63,804 bases of DNA, filler included, from Bacteroidales bacterium (GCA_035389045.1; 4 parts of 4 records of this genome joined end to end with filler, not necessarily neighbours in it), one strand, 5' to 3'. Shown: positions 29,737 through 39,798, numbered from the whole stretch's first letter. Made by a program: numbers and translations. The notes: a model not told the origin generated them from the sequence alone.

Positions 29737-30875
29737 TAATATTTTACAAACTTCATACTGAAGGTACCCCGGACACCTGCCACTCTGGTAAAATAGATAC
29801 CCGAAGGCAGTCCGGCCAAAGAAATCTGTTCACTATTACTATGGCAGACATTCCGGTTGTATAACATCTGCCCCTGCAAATCAAAAATCTGCACAGAAAT
29901 TATGGCATCCTGTGACAAAGAAAAATTTATTACATCGGAAACAGGATTGGGATAAACGAAAAAAGATGTGTGATACATCTCGCTTAACCCTGCGTAAGCC
30001 GGATTTTCGTGTTTGCAGAAAAACCTCCATATTTCGGTACAAGCGTTAAAATCATTGCATGACGCTCCAAAAGGAAGGTAAAAAGAAGATCCAGGCCAGG
30101 TATGTCCGCCCCCGATGATCTTAAAATGTTCCACACCGGCACTATTTATATTGGATGAATATATATAATGTATCGCAGTGACATTATCACCTGGATCAAT
30201 ATCCGGGACGCTATCGGTTAAACATGTGGCCTGACAACTGTCAATTTCTACCCATCTGTTCATCAGATCGGCAACAGAAACCATAGCGATGTTTCCATTA
30301 TATGCCACAATATTGTCAGAAGTGCCGTGTATATGCATTACAGGCCTAGCGCTCACGGGAAAACATGTGTTAAAATGATCGTTCATCATGGTGCCGCTCA
30401 CAGATGCCACGGCAGCAAATCTTGTGCTTGAACAGGCAAGAAGATAACACATGAACCCTCCGTTGGAATATCCGGTTGCATATATGCGTGACGGATCAAT
30501 CTTATAATGCGCTGCAAGCGTATCAATAAGTGCTTCAAGGAAAGAAACATCATCGGCCGGTGATGAAGAGAATCCGGTGTTCCACGACTGATAACCCGAT
30601 TCGGTGGCTCCGTCAGGCAGTACAATGAGAAAACCGGCCGTGTCGGCTATCGGCCTGAAATCAGCAACCTGGGCCTGAATATCGGCATTGACAAATAAGC
30701 CATGCAAATTAAAGACTACAGGAACCGGATGCAAACCGTCATATAGCTCAGGAACATAAATTTTATAAAAGCGTTCTATTCCTTCATGAACAAAAGATCC
30801 GGCTACCGTCGTTTGTGCCCGTAAATACTGTCCAAAAAACAAAAAAATGAAGATGAAGAAAAACTTTCTCATCAT
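29736..30875 (-). CDS. LpqC/PHB-depolymerase-like esterase with T9SS C-terminal sorting domain
   Basis: VFNLHG, GYSNGG nucleophile elbow, IHGTSD and GGGHTWPG; C-terminal YPNP..IFDLQG..LPSGIYF. Confidence 0.85.
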   Translation of the reverse strand: MMRKFFFIFIFLFFGQYLRAQTTVAGSFVHEGIERFYKIYVPELYDGLHPVPVVFNLHGLFVNADIQAQVADFRPIADTAGFLIVLPDGATESGYQSWNTGFSSSPADDVSFLEALIDTLAAHYKIDPSRIYATGYSNGGFMCYLLACSSTRFAAVASVSGTMMNDHFNTCFPVSARPVMHIHGTSDNIVAYNGNIAMVSVADLMNRWVEIDSCQATCLTDSVPDIDPGDNVTAIHYIYSSNINSAGVEHFKIIGGGHTWPGSSFYLPFGASCNDFNACTEIWRFFCKHENPAYAGLSEMYHTSFFVYPNPVSDVINFSLSQDAIISVQIFDLQGQMLYNRNVCHSNSEQISLAGLPSGIYFTRVAGVRGTFSMKFVKY

Positions 30876-30938
30876 AGGAATATTTATAGCAAATATAATT
30901 ATTGCCCGTTTATTATGAAAATTATTATTCAGCTGCAT

Positions 30939-30962
30939 AAAAAAAGCCCTGCCGGGCCTTTT
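30939..30962. terminator. Probable intrinsic terminator for the small ORF
   Basis: AAAAAA-GCCC-TGCC-GGGC-CTTTT, giving a U-tract on the minus strand. Confidence 0.5.
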
Positions 30963-31070
30963 CTATTGTTTGTTAGCTTTTTTAGCTTTTTTTTCGTCTC
31001 TTTTTTCTTTCAGACTCTTGGTAGCTTTTTTCTTTTCTTCTTTCTGTTGCTTGGATTTTTCTTTGCTCAT
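30963..31070 (-). CDS. 35-aa lysine-rich small protein (below the ORF-track cutoff)
   Basis: MSKEKSKQQKEEKKKATKSLKEKRDEKKAKKANKQ*, with an AT-rich leader and a terminator directly downstream. Confidence 0.7.
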   Translation of the reverse strand: MSKEKSKQQKEEKKKATKSLKEKRDEKKAKKANKQ

Positions 31071-31141
31071 AATTTTTAATTTTAAAAATTAACGTATGTA
31101 AAATTACGGAACATTTTTTATTTCGTCAAAAAAATTCTTTA

Positions 31142-31726
31142 TTATTTAACATTTGCCATAGCAAAGTTCTTTCCAAGCGCCAGGGCATTGAGGTTGGTCT
31201 GAATCACTTCTTCGCCTTTTCTTCCGAATATCATTCGGATAGCTTTTTCAAGTTTTTCATAGTCAATGCCCAGGAATGGCGATGCCGCACCAAGAATAAT
31301 CATGTTGGCGGATTTGGCGGCGTTGATCTCTTTGGCCATCGTACCTGCATCCACAAGCAGATGACGCGGAAAAGCCCTGATAGCGTCATAAACTTTTTCG
31401 ATTTCGGGATAATTAGGAATATTGACAAATGGTTCGTTGTTGGTGATGAGCCAGCCCTCAGGCGAAAGCATGGGAATATAACGGAGCGATTCCATGGGCT
31501 CAACAGAAATGATCAGGTCGGCTTTTCCCTGGGGAATAAGGTCAGAGAAAATCTCGCTGTCGGAAATACGCAGGTTCGACGACACATCTCCCCCGCGCTG
31601 GCTCATACCATGCACTTCGGCCTGCTTAATATATAATCCCGTATCAATAGCTGCATAACCAATTACTGCTGCGATGGAGAGAATTCCCTGTCCTCCCACT
31701 CCGGCCAATATGATATCTTTTTTCAT
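31142..31726 (-). CDS. iorB: Indolepyruvate:ferredoxin oxidoreductase beta subunit
   Basis: LAGVGGQGIL and EVHGMSQRGG. Confidence 0.93.
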   Translation of the reverse strand: MKKDIILAGVGGQGILSIAAVIGYAAIDTGLYIKQAEVHGMSQRGGDVSSNLRISDSEIFSDLIPQGKADLIISVEPMESLRYIPMLSPEGWLITNNEPFVNIPNYPEIEKVYDAIRAFPRHLLVDAGTMAKEINAAKSANMIILGAASPFLGIDYEKLEKAIRMIFGRKGEEVIQTNLNALALGKNFAMANVK

Positions 31727-31822
31727 TTTTATTTATTTTTAATTAGTTCCCGCTGATTTAGCTGCTCTTCGCAGTTCCATAACAGCGTTTATCTGCGGAA
31801 AAATATTACTCATAATGTTTAA

Positions 31823-33442
31823 TTATACCTTTTCTTCTTTTTTATCTTTGAATTTTTGCTGCATACGCTTGTTAAGCGAAACGATACATTCACGGGTAGG
31901 AATAATCACCGATAATCCTTCATACGCCAGCTCTTTTTCAAAAATCTTTACATTTTCCTCATGATTTTTTCTCAGAGGCTTTATCACGTGCACATGTTCA
32001 GGATGGGCGCCAAGTCCTTTGACAATATTTTCCACTTTTCCTGTAGCTGCGGATTTCTGACCGCCGGTCATGGCAGTAATGCTGTTATCCAGGATAACCA
32101 CAGTAATAGGCGTATTGTCGTTGATAGCATCCAGTAAGCCCGTCATGCCGGAATGTGTAAATGTAGAATCGCCAATAACAGCCACAGAAGGAACCAGCCC
32201 TGCATCGGCAGCGCCTTTTGCCATAGTGATGGAAGCGCCCATGTCCACACAGGAATTGATGGCATTGTACGGAGGCAGCGCGCCCAGCGTATAACATCCG
32301 ATATCAGAGAAAACACGCCCTTTTCCATATTTTGCAATAGCTTCATTTAAACCCAGGTAGGTATCAATATGCGGGCATCCGTTACATAGTGAGGGGGGGC
32401 GGCCAACAACGATGCCGGGGATAACACCCGGTTCGTTTTCAATAATTCCAAGCGCGGCAGCAACAATGTTGGGAGTCAGTTCGCCGTCACGAGGCAGGGT
32501 GCCATCGAGTTTTCCTTTGATTTTCAAGCTATTATTAAGGTAGCCTCTGAGTAATTCTTCAATCATCGGAGCCCCTTCTTCAAGTATCAGAATTTCTTTA
32601 CACTCGCTGCACAGTTTTTCTATCAGTTTGCGCGGTGCAGGATACTGGGAAATTTTCAGTAAGGGATAAGGTACCACCCTGTCGGGGAAATTTTCCAGCA
32701 GATAATTATAGGCAATGCCGAAAGTGATGATCCCCATACTTTTATCATGACCTTCGATATACCTGTTAAACGGCGACTGCTCTCCTTCCTCAACAAGGCT
32801 GACCTGTGTCCCGAGCAACAGCTTGTATCTCTTGCGGGCAATAGCCGGTAACAACACATACTGCCTCATATCCTCAGGAAGTTTTAATTCGTTCTGAGCC
32901 CGAGAAGGCCTGCGTACAACCCCGGAGCGCGAATGGGCAAGCCGGGTAGTAATACGCATCAGGACGGGAATGTGGTATTTTTCTGAAAGATCAAAACCAT
33001 AATGCACCATATCGTAGGCTTCCTGCTGATTGGCCGGTTCAAGTATCGGCAGTAACGAAAACTTGGCATAAAACCTGGAATCCTGCTCATTCTGTGAGGA
33101 ATGCATCGAAGGATCATCCGCTGCAACTACGATCAGCCCGCCATTGGTACCTGTTATTGCAGAATTTACAAAGGCGTCGGCGGCAACATTCAGTCCGACA
33201 TGTTTCATGCACGTGATGGCGCGTTTACCGGCATAAGCCATTCCGATAGCCCCTTCAACAGCGGTTTTCTCATTGGCAGCCCAGTTGGCTTTAATATTTT
33301 TTTCTCTGGCTTCTTTAGCATGTTCGATGTACTCCGTAATTTCAGTCGAAGGCGTTCCCGGGTATGCATACACTCCTGAAATACCTGCATCAATGGCGCC
33401 CTGGGCTATTGCTTCGTCTCCCAGCAACATTAATTTTTGCAT
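31823..33442 (-). CDS. iorA: Indolepyruvate:ferredoxin oxidoreductase alpha subunit
   Basis: YPGTPSTEI, MKHVGLNVAAD, SSQNEQDSR, LCNGCPH, DIGCYTL and IGDSTF. Confidence 0.95.
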   Translation of the reverse strand: MQKLMLLGDEAIAQGAIDAGISGVYAYPGTPSTEITEYIEHAKEAREKNIKANWAANEKTAVEGAIGMAYAGKRAITCMKHVGLNVAADAFVNSAITGTNGGLIVVAADDPSMHSSQNEQDSRFYAKFSLLPILEPANQQEAYDMVHYGFDLSEKYHIPVLMRITTRLAHSRSGVVRRPSRAQNELKLPEDMRQYVLLPAIARKRYKLLLGTQVSLVEEGEQSPFNRYIEGHDKSMGIITFGIAYNYLLENFPDRVVPYPLLKISQYPAPRKLIEKLCSECKEILILEEGAPMIEELLRGYLNNSLKIKGKLDGTLPRDGELTPNIVAAALGIIENEPGVIPGIVVGRPPSLCNGCPHIDTYLGLNEAIAKYGKGRVFSDIGCYTLGALPPYNAINSCVDMGASITMAKGAADAGLVPSVAVIGDSTFTHSGMTGLLDAINDNTPITVVILDNSITAMTGGQKSAATGKVENIVKGLGAHPEHVHVIKPLRKNHEENVKIFEKELAYEGLSVIIPTRECIVSLNKRMQQKFKDKKEEKV

Positions 33443-33631
33443 ATCTTATATCATTTAATATTAATTCGATGTTTACAAAACTACATATTTTTTTATTTCT
33501 GCCAAGACAATTTCATTTTGAAAAAAGAAAAAAAAATATAGTAATAATGAACTATGTATGTAATAACTATTAATATCTAATATCTAAGCCAACAGCTCGC
33601 TTATTTCATATGAGATACAACATAATCTAAT

Positions 33632-34138
33632 TCAATAAATAATACCGTGTTCTGCTTTGGCTGGCCACACAAACAAACAAGCGCTCTCTGCCTGACGGAT
33701 ATCTGACCATTTATCTGTTTGAAAGCAAAAAGAAGCCATATTTGCAGGAAACAAAAAAGTTTCTTTTTCTTTCAGAAAACCATTGGCCAGGCCGGTAATC
33801 TGCGGATTATGGCCAACGACTAACAGGTGAGCAATAGCATCGGATTGTTCAAAAATGACATCGTAATAGCTATCGATACCCGAATTATACAGACGTTTAT
33901 CTTCGATAATCTGAGGTTCAGGAAAAGCTGTCTGCCCGGCTAAATGCAGCGCTGTTTCAAAAGCCCTGACGGCATGGCTTGTTATTATGCTATCAAAACC
34001 AATATTTTTGTTTTTCAGGAATTCACCTATTAGGATGACGCTCTGAACGCCATCGTAAGTCAGGGGCCTCAGATAATCAGGCATCTTTCCTTTTCCCGGC
34101 AATGCTTCTGCATGCCGCATCAGGTATAATGTTTTCAT
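33632..34138 (-). CDS. sixA: SixA-like histidine phosphatase
   Basis: LMRHAEA, RPLT, SHAVRAFETA and VVGHNP. Confidence 0.85.
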   Translation of the reverse strand: MKTLYLMRHAEALPGKGKMPDYLRPLTYDGVQSVILIGEFLKNKNIGFDSIITSHAVRAFETALHLAGQTAFPEPQIIEDKRLYNSGIDSYYDVIFEQSDAIAHLLVVGHNPQITGLANGFLKEKETFLFPANMASFCFQTDKWSDIRQAESACLFVWPAKAEHGIIY

Positions 34139-34151
34139 ATTATGTTGTAAA

Positions 34152-34298
34152 AAAGAGGATGTCCCGAAAGCACTTCATGCTACCAAAGTGTTAACCTTTG
34201 AGTCCTTTGTTGTTAATCCATAATATCGAACCACAAAGTCCTCCACGGCATACACAAAGGAAAACTCAAACAAAAATATCTTTTGAGGCACCCTCTTT
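34152..34298. mobile_element. MITE-like element carrying a copy of the 1-468 repeat core
   Basis: Ends AAAGAGGATGTCCCGAAAG and CTTTTGAGGCACCCTCTTT; interior CCTTTGAG..AACCACAAAGTCC..CACAAAGGAAAA. Confidence 0.6.
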
Positions 34299-34314
34299 AT
34301 CAAAATGTTCAGTC

Positions 34315-35595
34315 TCAGTATGCAAACAAGGGAAAATCCCTCATCATTTTCTGTACACGTTCGCCCACTGAAACTATCACTGTTTCATTTTCAATATTGG
34401 CTATCACTTCATCAAGCAGGTCGACGATCACGGGCATATGTTCTTCCTTCATGCCCCTGGTAGTTATGGCAGGAGTGCCAACGCGCAGGCCGGAAGTGGT
34501 AAAAGGTGAACGGCTGTCGAAGGGGACCATGTTCTTGTTCACGGTGATATGTGCCCTGACCAGCGTGTTTTCAACCAGTTTGCCTGTTATTTCCGGGAAT
34601 TTTGTACGCAGGTCAATCAGCATCAGGTGGTTATCGGTGCCGCCGGAGATCACTTTGTATCCCTTGTCAGTAAAGCATTTCGACATTACCGCGGCATTTT
34701 TCTGAACCTGAACCATGTAACTTTTATAGGAGTCCGTCAGCGCTTCACCAAAAGCAACGGCCTTGGATGCGATCACATGTTCCAGCGGCCCGCCCTGAAT
34801 GCCCGGAAATACAGCTGAATCAAACAGTGCCGACATCATCTTTATTTCGCCTTTGGGTGTTTTCAATCCCCAGGGGTTTTCAAAGTCTTTTCCCATGATG
34901 ATCATGCCGCCACGGGGCCCGCGCAGGGTTTTGTGTGTGGTGGTGGTAATGACATGGCAATGCGGAACAGGGTTGTTCAGAAGCCCTTTTGCAATAAGTC
35001 CGGCAGGATGTGCAATATCCGCCATTAAGATGGCGCCTATCTTGTCGGCAATTTCGCGCATGCGTTTGAAATCCCAGTCGCGTGAATAGGCAGACGCACC
35101 GGCAATGATGAGTTTCGGGCGTTCGCGCAGCGCCACTTCTTCCATCGTATCATAATTCACAGTCCCGGTTTGTTCTTCCACACCATAGTCCACAACCCGG
35201 TAAAGTATCCCCGAAGAGTTCACCGGTGAGCCATGCGACAGGTGTCCTCCATGCGAAAGATTAAGTCCCATGAACGTATCCCCGGGTTTCAGGCATGTCA
35301 TCAGGACAGCCATGTTGGCCTGTGCCCCGGAGTGCGGCTGAACGTTTGCCCATTCCGCACCAAAAAGCTCTTTGGCACGGTCTATGGCAATCTGTTCGGT
35401 TTGATCCACTACCTGGCAGCCGCCGTAGTAACGCTTGCCGGGATAGCCTTCAGCGTATTTGTTGGTGAGTACCGACCCCATAGCTTCGAGTACCTGCTGG
35501 CTTACAAAGTTTTCGGAAGCAATAAGTTCTATTCCGTGTAATTGCCGTTCATATTCTTTCTGAATAAGATCAAATATTTTACTATCTCTTTCCAT
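34315..35595 (-). CDS. glyA: Serine hydroxymethyltransferase (426 aa)
   Basis: [27 protein letters not shown] and [14 protein letters not shown]. Start adjusted to ATG 35595. Confidence 0.98.
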   Translation of the reverse strand: MERDSKIFDLIQKEYERQLHGIELIASENFVSQQVLEAMGSVLTNKYAEGYPGKRYYGGCQVVDQTEQIAIDRAKELFGAEWANVQPHSGAQANMAVLMTCLKPGDTFMGLNLSHGGHLSHGSPVNSSGILYRVVDYGVEEQTGTVNYDTMEEVALRERPKLIIAGASAYSRDWDFKRMREIADKIGAILMADIAHPAGLIAKGLLNNPVPHCHVITTTTHKTLRGPRGGMIIMGKDFENPWGLKTPKGEIKMMSALFDSAVFPGIQGGPLEHVIASKAVAFGEALTDSYKSYMVQVQKNAAVMSKCFTDKGYKVISGGTDNHLMLIDLRTKFPEITGKLVENTLVRAHITVNKNMVPFDSRSPFTTSGLRVGTPAITTRGMKEEHMPVIVDLLDEVIANIENETVIVSVGERVQKMMRDFPLFAY

Positions 35596-35777
35596 TATGA
35601 TAAGTTTTGATTTCGAGGCAAAAGTATAAATAAATCTAATACGAAATATTGTATTGAGGCAAGTGTTCAGTGCCAAGAAACAGCTTGCATAAACCGGATA
35701 TGAAATACAGGTAAGATAAAGGGCAGGTTGCAATTCATAAAAAAAACTTATTTTTGATTTTCAAATTCAAAATAATA

Positions 35778-35867
35778 ATGAAAATTTTTCCAAAAATATC
35801 CCTCACCGGCGACCTGGGAAGCGGTAAAAGCCATGTCAGCAGGCTGCTTTCTGAAAAACTTACTTAA
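35778..35867 (+). pseudogene. 29-aa N-terminal stub of a P-loop (cytidylate-kinase-like) protein
   Basis: MKIFPKISLTGDLGSGKSHVSRLLSEKLT*: beta strand, Walker A and following helix, then a stop 9 nt before the transposase. Confidence 0.65.
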
Positions 35868-35876
35868 AATCTTGAA

Positions 35877-36202
35877 ATGAATTTTGAACAAGATCATATT
35901 TATCACATTTATAATCAGGGAAATAACAAACAAAAAATATTTTTCATAAAGGAGAACTATTACTTTTTCATCAATAAGATTAAAACTAATGTATTACCTT
36001 TTGCAGATATTCTGGCATGGTGCCTGACGCCAAATCATTTTCATATCATGGCCTATGTGAATTATCCAGAGATAATTGCCGGGGTGATTGGCAACAGCAC
36101 TGGCCATTCGCGCAGTAAAACTGTCGGGGTGACTGACAACAGCACAGGCCATGCGCGTAATGAAACTGTCGGGGTGACTGACAACAGCACAGGCCATGCG
36201 CG
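35877..36202 (+). mobile_element. HUH/Y1 (RAYT-like) transposase, truncated by the contig end
   Basis: YHIYNQGNNKQKIFF..NY..F and AWCLTPNHFHIM (HUH motif), followed by in-frame tandem repeats. Confidence 0.85.
36081..36202 (+). repeat. 45-bp in-frame tandem repeat inside the transposase
   Basis: Units start at 36081, 36126 and 36171 (GGGGTGACTGACAACAGCACAGGCCATGCGCGTAATGAAACTGTC). Confidence 0.9.
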
Positions 36203-36302
36203 NNNNNNNNNNNNNNNNNNNNNNNNNNNNNNNNNNNNNNNNNNNNTTAATTAATTAANNNNNNNNNNNNNNNNNNNNNNNNNNNNNNNNNNNNNNNNNN
36301 NN
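36203..36302. other. Artificial contig linker
   Basis: N-TTAATTAATTAA-N, 100 nt. Confidence 0.98.
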
Positions 36303-36665
36303 GAAGGAGCCACTTATTCGTAATATACGGTCGGTTGTTTACCGTGAAAATCTATGTCTAATGAAAAATAAAGGCCCGCAGGTGGCGATATATTGTAAAT
36401 GTTGTGAAAATAAATCTATTCAGCATATTTAAAATATTTTTACCGGACAACAGTGAATTTTTTTATTGAATTAGGAGCATGAAGAATATCATCAATAGCC
36501 CGTGGGGTTTTAATATCAATATAATACTATGCCCCAGGAAAAAGGGTTGCTCATTGGGCATTAACGTTTTTTGATTATATGGGTTAATTCCATGACGGGA
36601 AACTATGGAATAATTTTGTGAACTCAGGATTATTAAGTAAATTTGTAATACCAATCATCATAGTT

Positions 36666-36887
36666 ATGACCATTTATTCAATATTGTTAGGTATTATCGG
36701 CGGGCAGGAAATCATCATCATCGCCATTATCATCCTGGTGTTATTTGGCGGAAAAAAGATTCCCGAGCTGATGCGCGGCCTGGGACGTGGTGTCGGAGAG
36801 TTTAAAAAAGGCAAAAGCGATGTAATGGACGAGCTTAAGGATATTACCGGAAAAGGTGATTCCTCTTCAGAAAAACCGACTGAGTAA
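36666..36887 (+). CDS. tatA: Twin-arginine translocase TatA/E
   Basis: GGQEIIII..LVLFGGKKIPELMRGLGRGVGEFKKG. Start adjusted to ATG 36666. Confidence 0.95.
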   Translation: MTIYSILLGIIGGQEIIIIAIIILVLFGGKKIPELMRGLGRGVGEFKKGKSDVMDELKDITGKGDSSSEKPTE

Positions 36888-36898
36888 AAGGCCCTGAT

Positions 36899-37729
36899 AT
36901 GTTTAGGTTCCTGCTGAGCCACCTTGCCGGTAAAAAGGAAGATGCCACGTTTTGGGAACATGCCGAAGAGCTTCGGATATTGATAATAAGGTCGCTGGTA
37001 ACTGTTTTTGTGCTGGCTGCAACTGCTTTTTTCTTTAAAGATTTTATTTTTGATTCGATCATCCTGCCGCCTAAAAACGATGATTTTATCACATACCGGC
37101 TTTTATGCAAACTCGGAGCGTTGCTCCGCACCGACGCCCTCTGTGCCGGTAATGTCAGCTTTCCGTTGATCAATCTCAGCATAGCCGGGCAATTCCGCTG
37201 GCATATCATCATCTCGCTGATAGCAGGTTTCATTATTGCTTTTCCCTTTATGTTATCGCAGCTCTGGATATTTATCAGGCCTGCCCTGAGCGCAAAAGAA
37301 AGAACCTACGCAGGCAGAGCTGTTTTTTATATCTTTTTTCTGTTTGCGGGCGGCTTGCTGTTCGGTTACTTCCTTATACTGCCTTTAAGTGTTCAGTTTC
37401 TCGGTAATTATGTGTTAAGCCCATACATCACCAATCAGATCACCATCCAATCGTACATTTCCACGGTGGCCGTCATTCCATTATCATTAGGGTTGGTGTT
37501 TGAACTGCCGGCGCTGATATTTTTCCTGGCAAAAACCGGCTTAATCCATGTTGGCTTTTTGAGAAAAAACAGGAAGTATTCCATCATCATCGTGTTGATA
37601 CTTGCCGCTATCATCACCCCTTCTACCGATGCTTTTACCATGATGATGGTTGCACTACCGCTGTATCTGCTTTACGAAATGAGCATTTTAATAGCACGCA
37701 GGGTGGAAAAAAAAGCCCTGGCAGGTTAG
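36899..37729 (+). CDS. tatC: Twin-arginine translocase TatC
   Basis: FWEHAEELR, QLWIFIRPAL, FELP, AAIITPSTD and LYEMSI. Confidence 0.95.
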   Translation: MFRFLLSHLAGKKEDATFWEHAEELRILIIRSLVTVFVLAATAFFFKDFIFDSIILPPKNDDFITYRLLCKLGALLRTDALCAGNVSFPLINLSIAGQFRWHIIISLIAGFIIAFPFMLSQLWIFIRPALSAKERTYAGRAVFYIFFLFAGGLLFGYFLILPLSVQFLGNYVLSPYITNQITIQSYISTVAVIPLSLGLVFELPALIFFLAKTGLIHVGFLRKNRKYSIIIVLILAAIITPSTDAFTMMMVALPLYLLYEMSILIARRVEKKALAG

Positions 37730-37739
37730 AATTTGTTTC

Positions 37740-38831
37740 TTAATCTTTTTTGTCTTTGGCAGGAGGTTTCATAATTTTAAAATCGGCGGCTTTGATGCCC
37801 GTAGCCATATATTTGCGCCAATAGCGAGTCAGTGAGGTATATTCAAATAACAGATTGAATATTTTGAATTTCAGAAGAAAAAATACGAATGCATAAACAA
37901 CAATATAAATCAATAGTGTTATACCCCAATTCAGCAGGCTTTCGGTAATTTTAAAAGCCGGATCGGGCAAAGTTCCAAAAAACCTGAAGATCAGAATATA
38001 TACCGGCAGCGCCGACACTGTTATCAGGATCATCGCTAAGAGCAGATGAGAAACCTGTATGGCTTTCTCTGGGCAAAGATTGATGCACCTCATGCAGCTT
38101 TCGCAATGAAGCGTCCAGTATGGTTTGCCTCCATACATCCTGATGGCATTTGCAGGGCATTTTTCATAGCAGATACCACAGGCATTGCATTTGTCGGTGG
38201 CAATAAAAAGCTTTGCCAGAAAGAAGCGCCCGTATAGCTGATACGCAAAAGTGACCGGAATTAATGCTATGTCCAGGGGCAGCATGACAAATACCCAATA
38301 GTGAAAAAAACTTTTTCCATCCATTACCTTTTCGATAAAGCGCTTAACAATGCCTTCGCAACGCCTGAACATCGAAGCAATGACTTTTTTCCTGTATCCC
38401 GGGTGTATGCTGATCCAGTTTGAAGGCAGGTCTATCGGTAACATTCCTTTTATCCGATACCCTTTCAGCAACAATATGATAAAAGGTATCCACATGGCTA
38501 TGCCACTCATACCCGGTATAAATAGTTTGCTGAGTTTGGAACCTGCGCGGGTGCTGCTCAAAAAGACATCCGCGTTTTTGATTTTGGGAAATCTCCAGAA
38601 AAATTTCAGTATCAGCCAGGGAGTGCCGAAACCATGTGTGGGATAACAAAATCCTATCAAAGCCTTTCCTTTTATATCAGGTTTTTCGATGAACTTTTGC
38701 CTGTCGACAGGCATCAACTGAACAGCCATGCCTTTTTCTAAAGCTTTTTCAGCCATCCAGCGGCACGATGTCAAGGCATTTCCTGTCCCGCTGAGGTAAT
38801 ACACCAATAGCCCGGTATATGGCTTATCCAT
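37740..38831 (-). CDS. EFR1-family flavodoxin/ferredoxin fusion with C-terminal membrane helices
   Basis: YLSGTGN and YPTHGF; two 4Fe-4S motifs, CNACGICYEKCP and CESCMRCINLCP. Confidence 0.85.
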   Translation of the reverse strand: MDKPYTGLLVYYLSGTGNALTSCRWMAEKALEKGMAVQLMPVDRQKFIEKPDIKGKALIGFCYPTHGFGTPWLILKFFWRFPKIKNADVFLSSTRAGSKLSKLFIPGMSGIAMWIPFIILLLKGYRIKGMLPIDLPSNWISIHPGYRKKVIASMFRRCEGIVKRFIEKVMDGKSFFHYWVFVMLPLDIALIPVTFAYQLYGRFFLAKLFIATDKCNACGICYEKCPANAIRMYGGKPYWTLHCESCMRCINLCPEKAIQVSHLLLAMILITVSALPVYILIFRFFGTLPDPAFKITESLLNWGITLLIYIVVYAFVFFLLKFKIFNLLFEYTSLTRYWRKYMATGIKAADFKIMKPPAKDKKD

Positions 38832-38843
38832 CAGTGCCGGTCG

Positions 38844-39293
38844 TTATTTGGGCAGTCTTCCGAAAAACTTCATGATGGACCGGTGAAATTTATGCATACC
38901 ATCCGGTTGAGAGAACATCATGATACATTTGCCGTGGATCAGGTTTACCTTGTTTTTGCCGGCATAATCCAACACCTCTTTGGTATGTGAGCCTTGCTGT
39001 ACCCAGATATTTGTTATCCCTTTTCCGGCACATTGCTGCACAACTTCCAGTGTTTTGGGTTTCGGGGTAAGTACGACAGCAGCTTTTATCTCCTGCGGCA
39101 GGTCAGCAATATCTTTATAGCACTTCTCCCCTTCGATATGGTCGGTATTCGGGTTAACCGGAACCACGCTGTAGCCTTTTTTCTTCAGTTCATCATAAAC
39201 CGTACGTCCGAATTTTCTTTTATTTCTTGAAACGCCAATGATGGCGATGGTTCCATGTTTATAGAAATCATCTATTTGTGCTTTTGTGATCAT
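38844..39293 (-). CDS. CoA-binding protein (YccU-like)
   Basis: IAIIGVSRN, VPVNP, IWVQQG and CIMM. Confidence 0.88.
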   Translation of the reverse strand: MITKAQIDDFYKHGTIAIIGVSRNKRKFGRTVYDELKKKGYSVVPVNPNTDHIEGEKCYKDIADLPQEIKAAVVLTPKPKTLEVVQQCAGKGITNIWVQQGSHTKEVLDYAGKNKVNLIHGKCIMMFSQPDGMHKFHRSIMKFFGRLPK

Positions 39294-39395
39294 AATTAAA
39301 AAATTTAGTAAGCAAAGTTACATTCTTTAGGTGGAGAATCAAAACAAAAAAACATCGGTATAATTCAGCGAGAATTATTATTTTTGCAAGCGATT

Positions 39396-39472
39396 GGCTC
39401 CGTAGTTCAATTGGATAGAATAGCAGATTCCGGTTCTGTCGGTTGGGGGTTCGAGTCCCTCCGGAGTCACCA
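39396..39472 (+). tRNA. tRNA-Arg (anticodon CCG)
   Basis: Acceptor stem GGCTCCG/CGGAGTC, anticodon arm GCAGA-TTCCGGT-TCTGT, T-loop GTTCGAGT and encoded CCA. TATTTTTG promoter element at 39379-39386. Confidence 0.97.
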
Positions 39473-39482
39473 TCCAAAACAC

Positions 39483-39519
39483 AAATCCCTTGAAAGCTAA
39501 AAGTTTGCAAGGGATTTTT
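39483..39519 (+). terminator. Stem-loop with U-tract after the tRNA
   Basis: AAATCCCTTG...CAAGGGATTT followed by TTT. Confidence 0.65.
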
Positions 39520-39696
39520 TACATCAGGGGTAAAACATAGGTAAAAGATTTCCCCATAAATACAGATTATTTGAATTCCGGGAAATTATGATACCGACTA
39601 TTTGATTTTTATTATAACAAGTATCAGCCTATTCTGCTTGTCTATTTTTGTTGATATACTCAATCAGCCGGGTGAAGTACGATTCAAGGGATTCAT

Positions 39697-39798
39697 CCTC
39701 ATGTACGCTCAGAGTACACTGCGGTTTTCAGAAATTCGACTGCCTCGGACTTTTTTGTTTTTAGAGGCGCCCGATCCAGGTTATTAAAGATGCCCTTA
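39697..39798 (-). repeat. Partial inverted copy of the element at 48641-48818
   Basis: The reverse complement TAAGGGCATCT..GATCGGGCGCCTCTAAAA..GAGGCAGTCGAA.TTCTGAAAACCGCAGTGTACT matches 48642-48737. Confidence 0.85.

Noticed and set aside
34315..35733. 46-aa N-terminal extension of GlyA in the ORF track
   Set aside because: Family similarity starts at MERD (35595), and the extension begins at a non-ATG codon in the promoter region. Similar over-extended starts were trimmed for other genes.
36081..36202. CRISPR-like repeats
   Set aside because: These are head-to-tail 45-bp units without unique spacers, in frame within a transposase.
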